A stretch of 64,000 bases of DNA from Camelus ferus (lineage: Eukaryota): assembly GCF_009834535.1 (NCBI RefSeq), contig NC_045697.1, positions 56,546,001 through 56,610,000 on the forward strand. Direction: 5' to 3'. Under the pieces are notes generated by a model. It was given only the letters and a program-made list of their open reading frames with translations, was not told where the DNA came from and did no database searches. The first letter of the stretch is position 1. Each line of letters begins with the position of its first letter. Positions 13,428 through 26,959 of this stretch are shown here, piece after piece. The position numbers were made by a program, and so were the translations under genes.

Positions 13428-13630
13428 CTCGCTGCCCATCCCCATTTCCACTTGATGGTGAAGCTGCTGAGTATCATGAGCTCTCAAGCATGACCGCAGT
13501 CACTTTGTGAAAACGATTACAAATCACAAGCGTTGATGAGATACACTACGGTTACTTGTGTAGATGGGCTGCCCATATTGAATTCTATTTGAGACTTAGA
13601 TTGGATGAGTCCTATAACTCAAAATTATGC
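13428..13630 (-). other. Candidate 203-nt internal exon (5'UTR or non-coding; possibly start-codon-bearing)
   Basis: Minus-strand acceptor TTTTGTTTTGTTTTATTTTCCAG|G and donor GAG|GTGAGC; non-repetitive, CpG-retaining; stops in all three frames. Confidence 0.55.
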
Positions 13631-14469
13631 CTGGAAAATAAAACAAAACAAAACCCTTCCATTTACTGAATTTGTTTGACTATAGTGATCCTTATTTAGA
13701 AGGCAATAGTTCAAAAAAGAAGCTCCTGTTAGTGATATCAATTTATATATACAATCATTATAAGTGATTTTTTCTATTTATAACAAGCAAAAGTACATGG
13801 ACAAATCTTGAATTAAAATTTAAAATCACCACAATAGCTTGGTTTGGCCCAGTATGGATTCTGATAAATCATCACTTTCAACATAGTGTGCTTCCATGAG
13901 ACCATAAGAAATAAAATCCATTACATTCCCTGATCATATATACATGACATTTCCTATCAGTAAAGTTAGATTTCTCTTCAAAACGTTGACATATTTGATT
14001 AATCTTGGATAGTCTGCATCATTCAGGCATCAAAGAAAGCTCATTTTGTCCTGTTTGTCCAATTTATAAGGTCTAATAATCACTCAGAATTTGTTTAACT
14101 TCAAGGTATCTTGTAGGTGAAAAAAATTCACCAATGTGTGGGAAAAAATTCTCATTTACTTATTTATTTTTTACAAATATGCACGAGGGGTAGTATTTGT
14201 AATAATGCTACATTGCCACCTTATGGACAGACTGGATGAAAATCAGTTAACTAAACATCACTGGCCAGTTGCCACCCCTAGGGCTGAAACAATTCTCGTA
14301 AGAGTTGTTATGTAGGTAATTTATAACTACATAAATGGGCATACTGTGGTAACAGAGTATGTCATTCATAAGTAAATTCTTGAAAAGAATTAATCAATTA
14401 TAATCAATTTCTTTATAGAGATTTCTTCTTAAAAATTATTATATTCTGTGAAGTGCACTTTACTTTAGA

Positions 14470-14565
14470 ATAGAATATGTTAGAATTCAAGTCCTGCATC
14501 CACCATTAGTAGCTGTTTATATTAATCTCCTTTGATCTCAGTTTTCCAACCCTAAAAGGAAGTTA
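14470..14565 (+). mobile_element. MIR fragment
   Basis: GAATTCAAGTCCTGC...TAGCTG...TTAATCTC...CTCAGTTTTCC. Confidence 0.5.
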
Positions 14566-15507
14566 TGCTTTTGTTCTCTAAAAAACATCAACACTATCAT
14601 TCATTGTATGCATAATTCCACATTTATTTTGTCATACATATATATATACATTCTGTCAAGTATTCTTTGAAATTTTTTAAGTACAAACTATTGGCCAAGC
14701 AATGTACCTAGAAACTAGTGATGTGAAAAAAATTCCACAACATTATCTCTGTTTATGATGCCTACCTTTTACTAAAAAGTCAATAAAATTTAACCACAGT
14801 AAAAGATCCTTAATTGGAGAAAGTTTAATCCTTAAGTTAAAAGTATGAATTACATATATTTCAAAATCCAACTGTATTACTTTCTAGTAAAAACCATGAA
14901 AGACAGCTATGTAAAGTATTAGTAGATGATTTATTTTTATAAATTTTATAAGAATTTTTGTTTTCATGAAAGCTTTCAAAAACATTTGAAATTATGCGGC
15001 CATCCAAAGTAAAAGGAAATAAAATTAATTTTATAAAATTCAAATTTCCACAAATTTTTGTTATGATACAAATACAACTCTAGGCTTGCTTAGGAAAGGC
15101 AAATACTGAACTAAATTTACTCTTTCTAGATTAGTCAATTATAATTAATATACTATTTATATAGAAATTCATAAAATATTTCTACTTATGCTTTTAGAAG
15201 TAGAACTTATTCTAAATATATAATGATTATGTTTTTAGCCCATTTATAAAATCAGATTTGGAAGAATCACAAACATTTTTCTAATTAAATCTTGATAGAG
15301 TTACCTCAATAATATTACAATATCATAAATTAATGATTGTCTTTTACATGTGTATATGGGTGCCAGTGTGTGTGTATAATATAATGTGCATTTGCTCTAT
15401 ATGCGCATTTCAAAGTATCATTAGCCCAAATCTCTACCCCTTCTATGCTAGCTACTGAGGTCCTTTGGCTTGCATTTTTATTTCTCTACTGAATACTTGC
15501 ACGATAT

Positions 15508-15711
15508 CATGATGGCACATACATGGCAGACGTGCCATCACTCCTCCTTCCCACTCTCCTGGTTGACATCAATAATTAACCATGATAATTCTCCTTGCTA
15601 ATTATCACATGCTGGTTCACTTCTTCACTTCTCCTCCCAAATGAGTGTAAGACAGCCCCTAACAACTGATCAGAAATGGCACACAAATTAAAACTCACTG
15701 GCTAACTCCAG
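15508..15711. mobile_element. Old hAT-type MITE remnant
   Basis: GATGGCACATAC...GTGCCATC start and ...CTGATCAGAAATGGCACAC... resemble a short mammalian hAT element; family uncertain. Confidence 0.45.
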
Positions 15712-16149
15712 TAATTGTGTTCAATATTGAGAGGTCAGTTTCATTATTCTACCCCACTTACATTTATTGCATGGATACTATATGTTAAAGAATTATTCTT
15801 GTCTCTATATATTATTTATCTTGTCTCTATGTATTATTTACCTATATGTAAGAATGTCATAGCTTTACCAAATGAAACTTAATTGAGCAAAATAAAATGT
15901 CAAAAAAAGTACAAAGAAGGGAAATGTTAGACCAAAAAAGCACAGAGATGATTCCAAATTTTAGATTTATGTAGTAACCTGAGGAAAAAATATCTCATTT
16001 ATTTGTCAATAAATTTATGGAAAATAACTGAATAACGTGAAACATAAAAATATATATCCAATTATTTTGATCATTCATGATTTTTTAATAAACGTTGTTT
16101 CACTCTTGCCTAACTATCCAGACACATATGCCTCAGTATATTCCTTTAG

Positions 16150-17320
16150 TTAATCATGCATTTGCTTATTTAAAAATATAGTTACTGAGAATCATTTATG
16201 GACTACACAAGGTTTCACATAGTAGATGTATATGGTGAGCAAGATAATATAGTCCCTGTTTTTATGGAGATTAAAGTTCAGTCAAGAAGACAACTTAAAA
16301 AGCCTCAGTTCAGTGTAGGGGAAACAAAGGATAGATAACATGAGTGAACACGACAGGACCTACTTTAGCCTGGAAGTACAGACAAGGAAAGCATCCTAGA
16401 AGAAACGGTCATTAGTTTGTGCCTGAAGGACCCTAAGAGCTACCAGGCTAAGAAGAGAAATGGGAAACTATTCTAAGCAAAGCTATCAGCATATACAAAG
16501 TCCTGGAGGCCAAGAAGAATTAGGTAGATTAAAAAATTAACAGGTAAGTAGTGCTGGAGATTAAAGTGGAGAGGTGAAGTGACAAAAGACAAGTCTGGAG
16601 ACATAGGCAAAAGACAGAGTCTTGACAGTTATAGTAGAGTTTGAACGTTATTCCCTAGGAAACTTGAAGGCATTGAAAGGTAAACAGCAAGTGACATGAT
16701 TCATTCTTCATTTTAGAGGATTCTCTCACTCTCGTTGGTAGAGATTATACTGAATCAGTATAAACTGGAGGGAGAGGGAGGCAAAACAAGCAGAGAGACG
16801 GCCAAAGGCCCGGGCAGGAGACTGCGGTGGCCTAGATTCAGGAGATCATGATGCAGACAGAGAAAAGAAGCTGTGTCTTTGTTTGCACAGGTAGTGGTGT
16901 ACTTAGCAGAGTTAGAAATTGTGAGAGGAGCAGGTTTGTGCAGTTAGATCGAGATGGGAAAACAGCAGGAATTGGTTCAATTTTGGATGTGCGAAGTGTT
17001 TGATAAATGCAGTAAGCATAACAGGTTAGCACTTTGAAATACAGAATGCGTCTGTGCTCTGTCTGTCTCTCATATATATACATGTATAAAATATGTAACA
17101 TATATTATACATGTCTGTGTGTATTATACATATAGCATTTATGTATATGCTAGAGAATCATCATATAAATCATAAATTACATTATAGGAGTGGCTACAAT
17201 TGCCAAAGTGTGGGTATGAGGAAGGCCTAACAAAGAGTGCTAACATAGTGCCAAAGAGGCAAGAGAAAAACAAAAAAAGTGAAGTATAATAGAAGACTCT
17301 ACCCCAAAAAATTGAGAGAG
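16150..17320 (-). mobile_element. L2 LINE 3' portion
   Basis: L2 tail-like start, AGTCCCTGTTTTTATGGAG, purine-rich body (CAGCATATACAAAGTCCTGGAGGC, GGTGGCCTAGA); interrupted by TA/TG low complexity near 17070-17150. Confidence 0.8.
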
Positions 17321-19029
17321 AGGAAGAAAGGGAGAGAGATTTAAGTGTATGTTAGACAGAGCTGTGGGAAGCTGAGATAAACAGCTAAAAATAGTCGTAT
17401 GTATGTATCCATACTTAGGAGCCTACAAGCAAAAAATAAGATTATCATTCAACAATATTGCTTTTTAAAGTAACAAGTATAAAGTTAAGTCCAGGCAATT
17501 GAGTATGTGGTAAAATTAAAATATGCATCTATTTGATCCTCATGGGTAACAGTACTTCATTCAAATTCTTGTCCTTGCAGAGACTGGAGCATGATAACTG
17601 AGCAATGAATTCACTTTATGTTGGAGCAAAATCTGGGATGCTATAGTTTTTCTCTTTTAACAATATCGTTGAGTCTCTTCTGATTAGAATGAGAATATAT
17701 TAAAGTTCAGAATCTATCCATCATTCATTTGCCTAAAATAAATATGTAATTTTAGGTTTTGAAAATAAGCTGACTTAAAAATAAAGGAGAAAAGATCTAG
17801 GAATGTTTCTAAACAGCAATAGCATGTCAGATTGGTTATTTTTGCTTTAGACTGAAAAAAATGCAATAGAAGAAAAATATAATGGAATATAATAAAGGTA
17901 CCTAAACTTTGCTTCTGATCCACATCTTGATTTGAGCATAGAGATAAGCTTTAACTCTATTACGAACAATAGTATACCAACCAAGAAAAGTGATCTCAAA
18001 GTTGCTTTCCTTACATTCTTTGTCAGTCAAAGTCCTAATTAATGTACCTCAGTGTTCTCATTCACATAGCAGCTCTTACGTCTACCTGAGAGCTTTAATG
18101 CCCTGGGAAACATCCTCTGTTCCTGTTTTTCACCCCGCTGAGATCTGTACTCATTATCACTTCATCCACTGCCATCCAACTCTGTCAGTGCTGTGAAATC
18201 TACTGACTTTTTATTCTTGAAACTTTGGTGAATTCAGATTTCCTGGTCTGAAGCCAAGGAAGTATGCCAGATGGGAGAAGGCAGGGAAGAAAACAAGATC
18301 ACTGATATAGAAGTTGCTGTGTAACATCCAAAATACACTTTTAATCTCTAGACCAAATGAGCATTTTTGAAATCACTATAGAGGTTTGCTACATGTCAGT
18401 ATTTACAACTCCAATCAACAGTGTCAAAGGCAATAGATACATTCAAACACATCCAACAGCAATAATTAGCTAGAAACAGTTTAACTTAAAATCCCACATT
18501 TTTTATATTGATTTACCCTGAAAGCTAAAATTTCACTTTTAAAGTGTCATAAGCGTAAGTTGGAATATTTTTGAGAGTAAACAAAACATTTTTTCAAAGA
18601 AAAACATTTTTTTTCCAGAGGTGTATTAAAAATGGTAGAGATTGAGAAAATGAGCAGTAGGAAAGTCATCATTTCACGATTTGCACTCACTCATTTTAAT
18701 TAGTGACTTATAGATGTATATTTAAGCATCTATTCAATAAATATATTATGTAAACAATGGGTTGGTGGGAGGACTATCATTTTTCCCTTCTAGGTATTCC
18801 CTCAGTATTCACTTTGAGAGTTAACTCACTGTGAAAGTTAAACATAACAGAATAAAAGAGAACCAACGGTCATTAAACGACATCTAAGGCCAGCTTTCTG
18901 ATTCCTACTCTTGGAATTTCATTGGTTATTACGATTACTTCTCTATACATTTTTTCTTAAAGAAATAAAACATTTAAAATACAGCTGGAGCCCTCGGCAT
19001 TTCTGCCAATACTATTTATTCTTTACCAT

Positions 19030-19570
19030 TTTGCACCCAGGAAGCCATTATCTGAAATTCTTTGCTTTTTACTTTCATACAAGTTTTTATTTTATTATAA
19101 ATGTATAAATCCATAAACTATATAACCTTTTTATTTTCACCTTTTAATATTTATCTACATTATTTTGTATTTATATATATCCTTCTGTATTTTAAATGTA
19201 TGCAGATATCCATCTACAAATTCTTTTTTTTGTATGACAGTACAAGTTTTACTTATTTTTAACATGTGAATATTAACATGTAATGCAATTCTGGTTCACT
19301 TAAAAAAGTTATAAAATTTCATGGTTTGCTTCTCTTTTGGGTGGACATTGGGAAGTTTCTCCTATGCTGCTATCATAAGAACTGCTGTATTCAACAGTCA
19401 TTTACATGACTCCTTCTGCACATATGGGTGAGATTTTCTGGGGTTTATACCTACTATGTGTCAAATTGCTAGAGTGTTGAATAGAAACTTTTAAACTTTA
19501 CTATGCTTTGACAAGTTCATCTCAAAAGCACCAATTTACATCCAACCTGTAGTCAATAAAGAGTTTTCAA
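19030..19570 (-). mobile_element. Old L1 (L1ME-like) 3' fragment
   Basis: GGTGGACATTGGG, TTTTCTGGGGTTTATACCT...AATTGCTAGAG, ACCAATTTACATCC. Confidence 0.75.
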
Positions 19571-19973
19571 TGGGTGGAAAATACATTGTTTTTGGAGTCC
19601 TCAAAACTTTTTTTGAGTCAGGTTTAGTAATTTATGATTTTCAGGAAAGTTATTTTGTTTATTTATTTTAGAAAAACGTTCACTGATTTCAGTAACTGTA
19701 ATATATGTACTTTTGTCCTGATTTTCATTTGTTCATTGTTTTCAGTTTAATATAGTAAACATGTTTTTCTATAGTTGTTCTCATAGCTCACTTACTAATG
19801 CATGATGCTAAAATGATTTGTCTTTATTTCAACTGAGCAACATTTCAAACCTAAAGGGAAGTACAGAAAATAATTTAAAAAGTTTATCTATAATTTGAAT
19901 TAATAAATATTATATTTAAGTAAAAATACATGATATAAGGAAGAAGTTATTTTCGTATTTCCTTCATGTCATT

Positions 19974-20116
19974 AAAAAAAAATTCTTTTTTAAGGTTTCT
20001 TGTGGGGGAATAGGTAATTAAGTTTATTTATTTATTTAATGGATGTACTGAGGATTGAAGCCGGGACCTCTTGCATGCTAAGCATGAGCTCTTACCACTA
20101 AGCTATACCCATCCCC
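19974..20116 (-). mobile_element. tRNA-Ala-derived SINE, camelid Vic-1-like, inserted in an L1 remnant
   Basis: Minus strand GGGTATAGCTTAGTGGTAAGAGCTCATGCTTAGCATGCAAGAGGTCCCGGCTTCAATCC (A and B boxes, AGC anticodon loop), TAAATAAATAAA...TAATTACC tail; TSD CATGTCATT at 19965-19973 and 20117-20125. Confidence 0.9.
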
Positions 20117-20339
20117 CATGTCATTTTTTAAGGGAATAAAATGTTACTTATAGAGTTGAGGCCCTGTTATACTCCTCCTTAAATGTGTATATCTTTCTTT
20201 TTCATGTAACCTTATTCTTTTGAGATCTACCTGTATTGATAAGTGCAAATCCAGTTTATTAATTTTAACTGTCAAATATTACTCCCTTCTGTAACAATAT
20301 TAGCATTTTCTTATCCTTTCCTTTACTGATGGGCAGTGT

Positions 20340-21337
20340 GAAGCTCCTCAAAGTGCACACCCCTGCACATGCCCATATTCACCCTGGAAAGACAAGTGGT
20401 TTTAGCAGAGCTCTTTCCCTGAACACACCCAGCTGATAAGCTTCACTACTTGTAGGCTGATTGTTTTACTGCTTTTAACAATATCTTGGGTCATAAATTG
20501 TTCCACAAATTGATCCAATCAAATCCAGATTCTTTGAAAAGGATAGTTTCCTTGGTTAATGTTTGAAATTTGTTCTGTATGTGGCATTCTGAATGCCTGA
20601 GTTTTTATTTTTGTAAATTGTATCATGTTATAAGTCTCACTTTGTTTCTTGACTTTTTCACTTATGTCAATATCTGCTCTATGAAAACTAGTTTTTTCTT
20701 TTTAGACATGTAACAAATGTTATTAGCTATTTTCCTAGAGGTGAACTTCCAATTTCCCTCTAACTCTGTTTTACTAAAAATACCATTATAATGCACACCA
20801 TACATGCTCAGACCCCAGCACATACATAGGGCATAATGAGGCCTGTAATCTCTTCAAAATCACTTTTCATTCAAAATCCTAGTGATGAGATAAAAATTTA
20901 TACATTATGGCAAGAAAAGAAAAATTTAAACATGAAAAACATTTTCTCTTTCTTTGGCCTCCTCTGTCCCCTCTACTGTGCATTGTGTGTCTGCATTATA
21001 CATCAACCAAACCTCCCTATTGGCAGAAATGCCTGCTCAACTATAAAGAGTAACGTTCTTCTATCGCCAACAGACAACTCCTTAAAGAGTTCTTGATCTT
21101 GTAAGGGGTCATGATGACTTACCACTTTGTACTTACTAATCTGGATTATGCAAACTATCTGTGTCATTTAATGTACAGCTCTCTGTCTCAAAAACCTATA
21201 TATATGCTTTGACCTCTAACAGGCAGAATAGTTCTCAGAACTTTGTGAGCAGCTGCTCCTGGGTTATATTCCTCAATGTGGCTCGAAAAAAATTTTCCAT
21301 GTCTTTTTAAGATGGACTGATAAATTTTTCATTGACA
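20340..21337 (+). mobile_element. ERV1-like LTR (5' boundary uncertain, ~20340-20710)
   Basis: TATA (CCTATATATA ~21195), CAGAATAGTTCTCAGAACTTT...CCTGGGTTATATTCCTCAA, degraded polyA signal, ends TTGACA; resembles cetartiodactyl ERV1 LTRs. Confidence 0.65.
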
Positions 21338-23150
21338 TTAATCATACTGAAAGTTTCCTTATTTGGTCTAGGCTGATGGGAAGAGGTGTTCGTTGTTCTG
21401 GATCCTGAGTTAGGGGAGTACTAGGTTGCCTGGTTTTTGACGATGCACCGTATGTAGGCTTAATAACAAATTTCTTCTCTTACAGTGAGCGTTAGAAATC
21501 CAGATTCCCAATCCTACACTCTGCTTTGACCTGAATCCCTCACAGGAGACCACAAAGTCACCTTGTCTTAAAGCTCTGGCTTCATTTGGGCTGTTAATCT
21601 GGCACTTGAGTCTATTCATTTCTTTTGAATTGGGCTTCTTCTTTAATTTATCTAACATTTCTATTTGTCACAATGGGATAAAGGCACTTGTCCATCACTT
21701 GTGTTTGTCATGATGCTAAAACTTCTCCAAGCATTGCTTTCCAAAATTTAATACATTTATATAGTTGGTAGCTGAGAATTTTGACTAATGACAACATATG
21801 GTACTGTCAGTACAATGATAGCATGCTATTTAGAGTAAAGTCAATTATCTATCAAATTAATCATTATTCTTTTAAGCTGAATATGCACTACATGGCATAG
21901 AATACGATGTATAATGTGCCTCCTGGAGTTGTAAAATGTGGCAATATGTAGACAATGAAAAGGACTATTGGTAAAGCAGAAATACTTAAAAAAAGTAAAT
22001 GTTTTATAAAATCAATTTTTTTGTGATCAGGTGAATAAAAACAAATCAGGGTAATTACTGTATTGTAGCTTGCGGGAAAAATGAGACTTTTAAATCAGTA
22101 TTACTTTCATTCTTGATTTCTATTTCTTATTTTCTTCCCTCCAAAGCAAAATTAGGATGTCAAACGTCATTTCAGAAGGAAAAAAGTTCACAATGTATAC
22201 AATGTAAAGTAATAGGTTCATTGGTGGTATCATGATGTGTTTATTAAAGTACAACTGCTGGCAGATCATCTGGGGAATGAGAGGGCAGAGGAAGTGGGTA
22301 AATTTGAAAGATCACTGCATTGTTCTGTAGCAATTTTCTGAAACTGTTTTGACTGGAATATCATTATAATATATTTTTTTTTTTTTGCTAGTAATTGCTA
22401 CTAGCAAGCAGAGATACGGCAGAAATAGAGGCAAACTATATATAGAGTAACATGATCATTTGACTTTCAGGGCTCTATCTGGACTTGCTGAGGGTGAGGA
22501 AAGAAAACTAAGGATGATTTTTACATCCATGAGAGTGTTTAGGTGCTCATTATTATAATGTTTCATTTGAAGAATAAACCTCATAAGTGTTAATTTTGAT
22601 TTGCAAAATTTTTTAAAGCTAAATTAAGAATATGTACCTTTAAAGTTCATTTAAGATGATTTAAGCCCTCAAATTCCAGATAAACGACGTGGTATATAGA
22701 GTTTAGGCATTTTAGGATGTCTTTCATTAAAATAAAGTTAGGTTAGGTCTAGAAGACTTTGTTTCAAAACAGAGGACTTTATCTTCATAACGCTAATGAT
22801 ATTAAAAACAAATGTTAGAGACTATGCTTGGTATACCGTGCTTAAAAAAACAAAAGTTATTGGAACTTCATGAAGTTGGATACTAAAATATGACTTTTGA
22901 TTGAGGAAATAAAACAAACTTTAAAATCAAATCAGTCTTTTCATCCCTTAAAAACTAGTCCTATACAAATAAAAATCTTCAACTACCTATAAATGGTGAA
23001 AAGAAAAAAAAATATAATTCTCAAATTTGATTTCTATAATAACATTTTATTTTTATTATAAATAATATATGCATAGTAAGTGACTCAAATTAATTGGAAG
23101 GATGGTGATAGTAGGAGAAATGTATACAAAAATCTAACTAAAACATAGCC

Positions 23151-23151
<1 letters not shown>

Positions 23152-23191
<40 letters not shown>
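23152..23191. repeat. (TG)n microsatellite
   Basis: about 20 TG units. Confidence 0.98.
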
Positions 23192-23193
<2 letters not shown>

Positions 23194-24439
23194 ACGGGAT
23201 AAACTGTTGAAATACTGGAGTGATTTGCTTTTTGCTATTGACTTTCAGGATCACAGAATAACAGTCAATAGAATGCTTAGAAATTATATGACCTAATCTG
23301 CAGCTCTGATGCCTGTCGGTGACTGAGCTATCTTGAATACATTTGTGTGACATGTTGCTATCTCAAAGACTTCCAGTGATAATATCTTATTATCATGACA
23401 GTCAAAAGATGTTTCATTTTGTTATTTCTATGTCTAGCAGAAATCTCTCTTCCCTTAAATTGATTTACTTTGGCTTGGTCCTTTCAGGATAGGGAGAACC
23501 TGTTAGCATTTTTTTTTTTTTTTCCATAAAAGGACAGACACACATCAAAGGCAACTGGCTTGGTTTTAGCAACCTGTTCACTCCCCGGCTATCTCTTTTT
23601 CAATGGCACTTACCTTCATTGTTTTCATCTGTTTATTATTTAGCCACCTAATTCCGTTTCCTCACTTCTGATAGAAGTCAAGATCTTACTTTACACAGGA
23701 ATTTAGCTGTCTCTTAGTAAGTCTGCCATTTCTCAATGCCATTGAAGATTTCTTCCATAATCTTTGAAGAATGCAACCTAATAGGAATGACTGAATGAAA
23801 CATTATAATAGTAAAGTAGATATGAATCTTTAATACCAGAGTATAGTAGTTTTATCTTCCCTGATCCTACTTGCAAAATTCCCTTTTAACATCTGCCACT
23901 GGCTTTTGTAGTGGTTTGGTTTCTTTAATTAAACGATATGATTTTGCTAGCTTTTACTGAATTTTTAATAAAGAATAAATCTCATGTCTTTTTCCAGTTT
24001 TGTTGTATTGGACTCACTTTTTCTCTATTCTTTGTTTATTATTTGTTTAGAACCATATGTATTGCATGATCCTACCTTTAACTTTCTATTAAATACTTTT
24101 TACTTTAATAAATGTTACATGTAAAACTCATAGTTTATGTAAAAATTTGTCTAGATAAAAAAAATATATCATAATGCCTGAAAGAGAAAAAATTAGGTTT
24201 AATAACTGGAGGGCAATATACTCACTGAGGATGCTGATAACAAAGTATAGTGAAAGCTATGTAAAACTTTATAACCAAAGTCTCACTTTTACTCTCCGTG
24301 TAGGCAGATACTTATATTAGCTTTTTTTCTTTTCATTCTTCTACTGTTTCTTTATGAAAATATAAGCAAATGTGAATAAATATTCTTATTTCTACTTTCT
24401 TACACAGAATTGTAATATCTAATACTTCTTTAATGCTTA

Positions 24440-24635
24440 TTACATGTCTATTCTATTTAATAAATTGTAACCTCAGATCTATGAGGTAGGTACTTATTCC
24501 TATTTATGGAAGGAACTGAAGTGCAGAACATTTTAGCAATTTTCCCAAAATAACACTAGTAAGTATGGGATCTGGGCTTTGAATCCATGAGATCTGTCTT
24601 CTGAGCCTGAAATCGTTATCAATTCACTCCACTGC
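24440..24635 (-). mobile_element. MIR SINE
   Basis: CTATGAGGTAGGTACTTATTCC...GGAACTGAAG...GGCTTTGAATCC. Confidence 0.75.
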
Positions 24636-24809
24636 TAAAAGTATAGAGGGATGCCTATGCTGAAGTGTGTTAAGTCTAACAGTGGATCTCATGATCTAAA
24701 CTCTATCAAATCATACACATTGATAGATAAGTGGACAGTTAAAGGTAAGATATTCTGGTTTAAATGCTTCTATATACTTTCCTGGTGTTTATAAAGCAAA
24801 TATATTGTA

Positions 24810-25028
24810 GGCATACAACACAGACTCAGGTATTTATCTGAGTATTTTGCAAGTATATCACCTTGACAAAGTTACTGAAGTTCACTAAACTTAGATTCCT
24901 TGATCTCAACAACGAGGATAATTGTGGCATATTTCCACCTCCTAGTCTTGTTGCAAGGGTTAAAGGACATCAAAGGGTATAAGGCTTAGTCCAGAACCTA
25001 TCATACTCTAGGTGCTCAATAAATGGTT
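24810..25028 (+). mobile_element. MIR SINE
   Basis: ACCTTGACAAAGTTACT...GTTGCAAGGGTTAAA...TAGGTGCTCAATAAATG. Confidence 0.75.
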
Positions 25029-26959
25029 CAAATTCTCATCTGTTATGGCACATGAAAATGAACATTTAATGGAACATGTTATGGAACATGAAAAATTACA
25101 TGTTCTGAAAGTAAGGGACTAATTATTTCTAATAAATCAAGCTACATCACTGTTATTGGGTCTCTGGAGTAGATGAAGTATCCAAAGGTATATTATCTTT
25201 ACTGAGCAAAATGTCATATTATCTGTTCACTTCCACTTGTCACTCACATGGGTCATTTCAATCTCATGTATATGCCTAAGAAATGCCTTAATAAAATCTG
25301 ACATCATTAGATGGAATTAAGGCTATGTTTGTTTTTTTTTCCTTCTGGTCTTAAATTGGACAGTAATGCAAAATGCAAGTCACTTAAAAGAACTTGTGGG
25401 AGCTCTCTTGCAACACGTCTGTTTCAACAAAGATTTGCAGACCTATGTTTGACTTTGAGTGTTCCACACTAACTCTAGTACATTTTCAGACTGGACACTC
25501 CCACTGGTTCTCTCTTTAAATTCATAAAGTTTTAGCCTCTGACTTGAAATTTGAGAATTAGAATAAAAAATATATATGGTATAATGGATTCTTCACATTT
25601 GTGAGCCTCTTGAGGAGAGAAATGGTATCTTTTTTTTTCAACTCCTGGCACAGAGTAAATAAAAAATAAAACGTGTTGAATGGGCTATTCAAAAAACATA
25701 AAAGTACAACATTTTTTTTAAGTACAGTTGGGTACTATGGATAATGACATTCAATAAAGTTTTATTACTTCTTACAGTAATATTTGGAGGCAATTGAAAA
25801 TGAAATCCTGGATATGAATATCTGCAATGTGATTGTCATAAAGCACAGCCTTCCTATGGAGAATAGCAAAAACTCACTTTCTAACTTAAGTATATATAAA
25901 TATTATGGCACTAGAATTTGTATACCCTTGGAAGAAAGAAAACCATAAATGGAAGAGTTATGTGTGTAGTCAGGCATTTCTTTCTGCCAAAATATTATGA
26001 AAAAGTACATTATATTAGTTATAGGAATATTTATTCTTTTTTCTCTTCCTAAATCTCAATTTAAAAAATTTATACAACTGTCCCTGCTAAAGATGACAAT
26101 AAATCTACCTCTAAGTAGATCTAGGCTATACATTTATTCTACATAAAATTCAATATCTACAACCAAAAGAATCCTAAAATAAATTAATATACAATTCTGG
26201 GGAATTGATAGTATCCCAGAATGAGGTCCATTATTGGGTTGGTTTCAATTTCTGCCAAAAAGGTATAAGAAATTCACTTTGTAAATTTTGACCACATTTT
26301 TCCTAAATTGGTCTTCCATCCTCCCTCCCTCCCTCTCTCTCTTTTTGTTACCTAGAGTTATTAACTCTCTGCTAACAATGAATTGCACTTAATGTGAAAA
26401 TGAGTGGGTAACTGGTAATCACCAGTAATCAAAGCTAAGCTACTGATATGGCACCTTATTTAGAGAAAGGGAGAGGGGAAAAAGAAGCACTCTAGATGTC
26501 ATCATAGTTGTCCCTCCCTTTGCTTATGAGTGATTTTTTGATGGAGTATGGCGGGGTGGGTCACAAGGTAATTAGCTGGCTTTTCTACAATGTGAACATT
26601 TGTAATATGTGATTTGGAGGCAGGATGGTGGGGAGAAAGCAAAAAACATTTTGATATGTAAGCAAGTTTCATCCATCTGTGAGGAAAACAGATGATTTAT
26701 GAGGCTTGTCTCCTTATAATTAAAAACAATATACAGACCTTCTGCTGTTTTGAAGACACAAGGATGGGCTAACTCCTAGAACTATGAGGATGTACTGAGT
26801 TAAGGTAAGTAAAGAAATTAATGAGGCACCTAGCATATATTAAGTAGGTAATATGTGTTTATAAAAACAATTATAGATGTTTAATTGCTATTGTTTTGTT
26901 TTTACTGTTTCGGTGATTTTTGGGTTTTTTTTTTGACTTTTGCTTTAGTCCACCACTAC

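Noticed and set aside
20035..20116. tRNA-Ala gene
   Set aside because: Mutated stems plus SINE tail and TSD show it is a SINE
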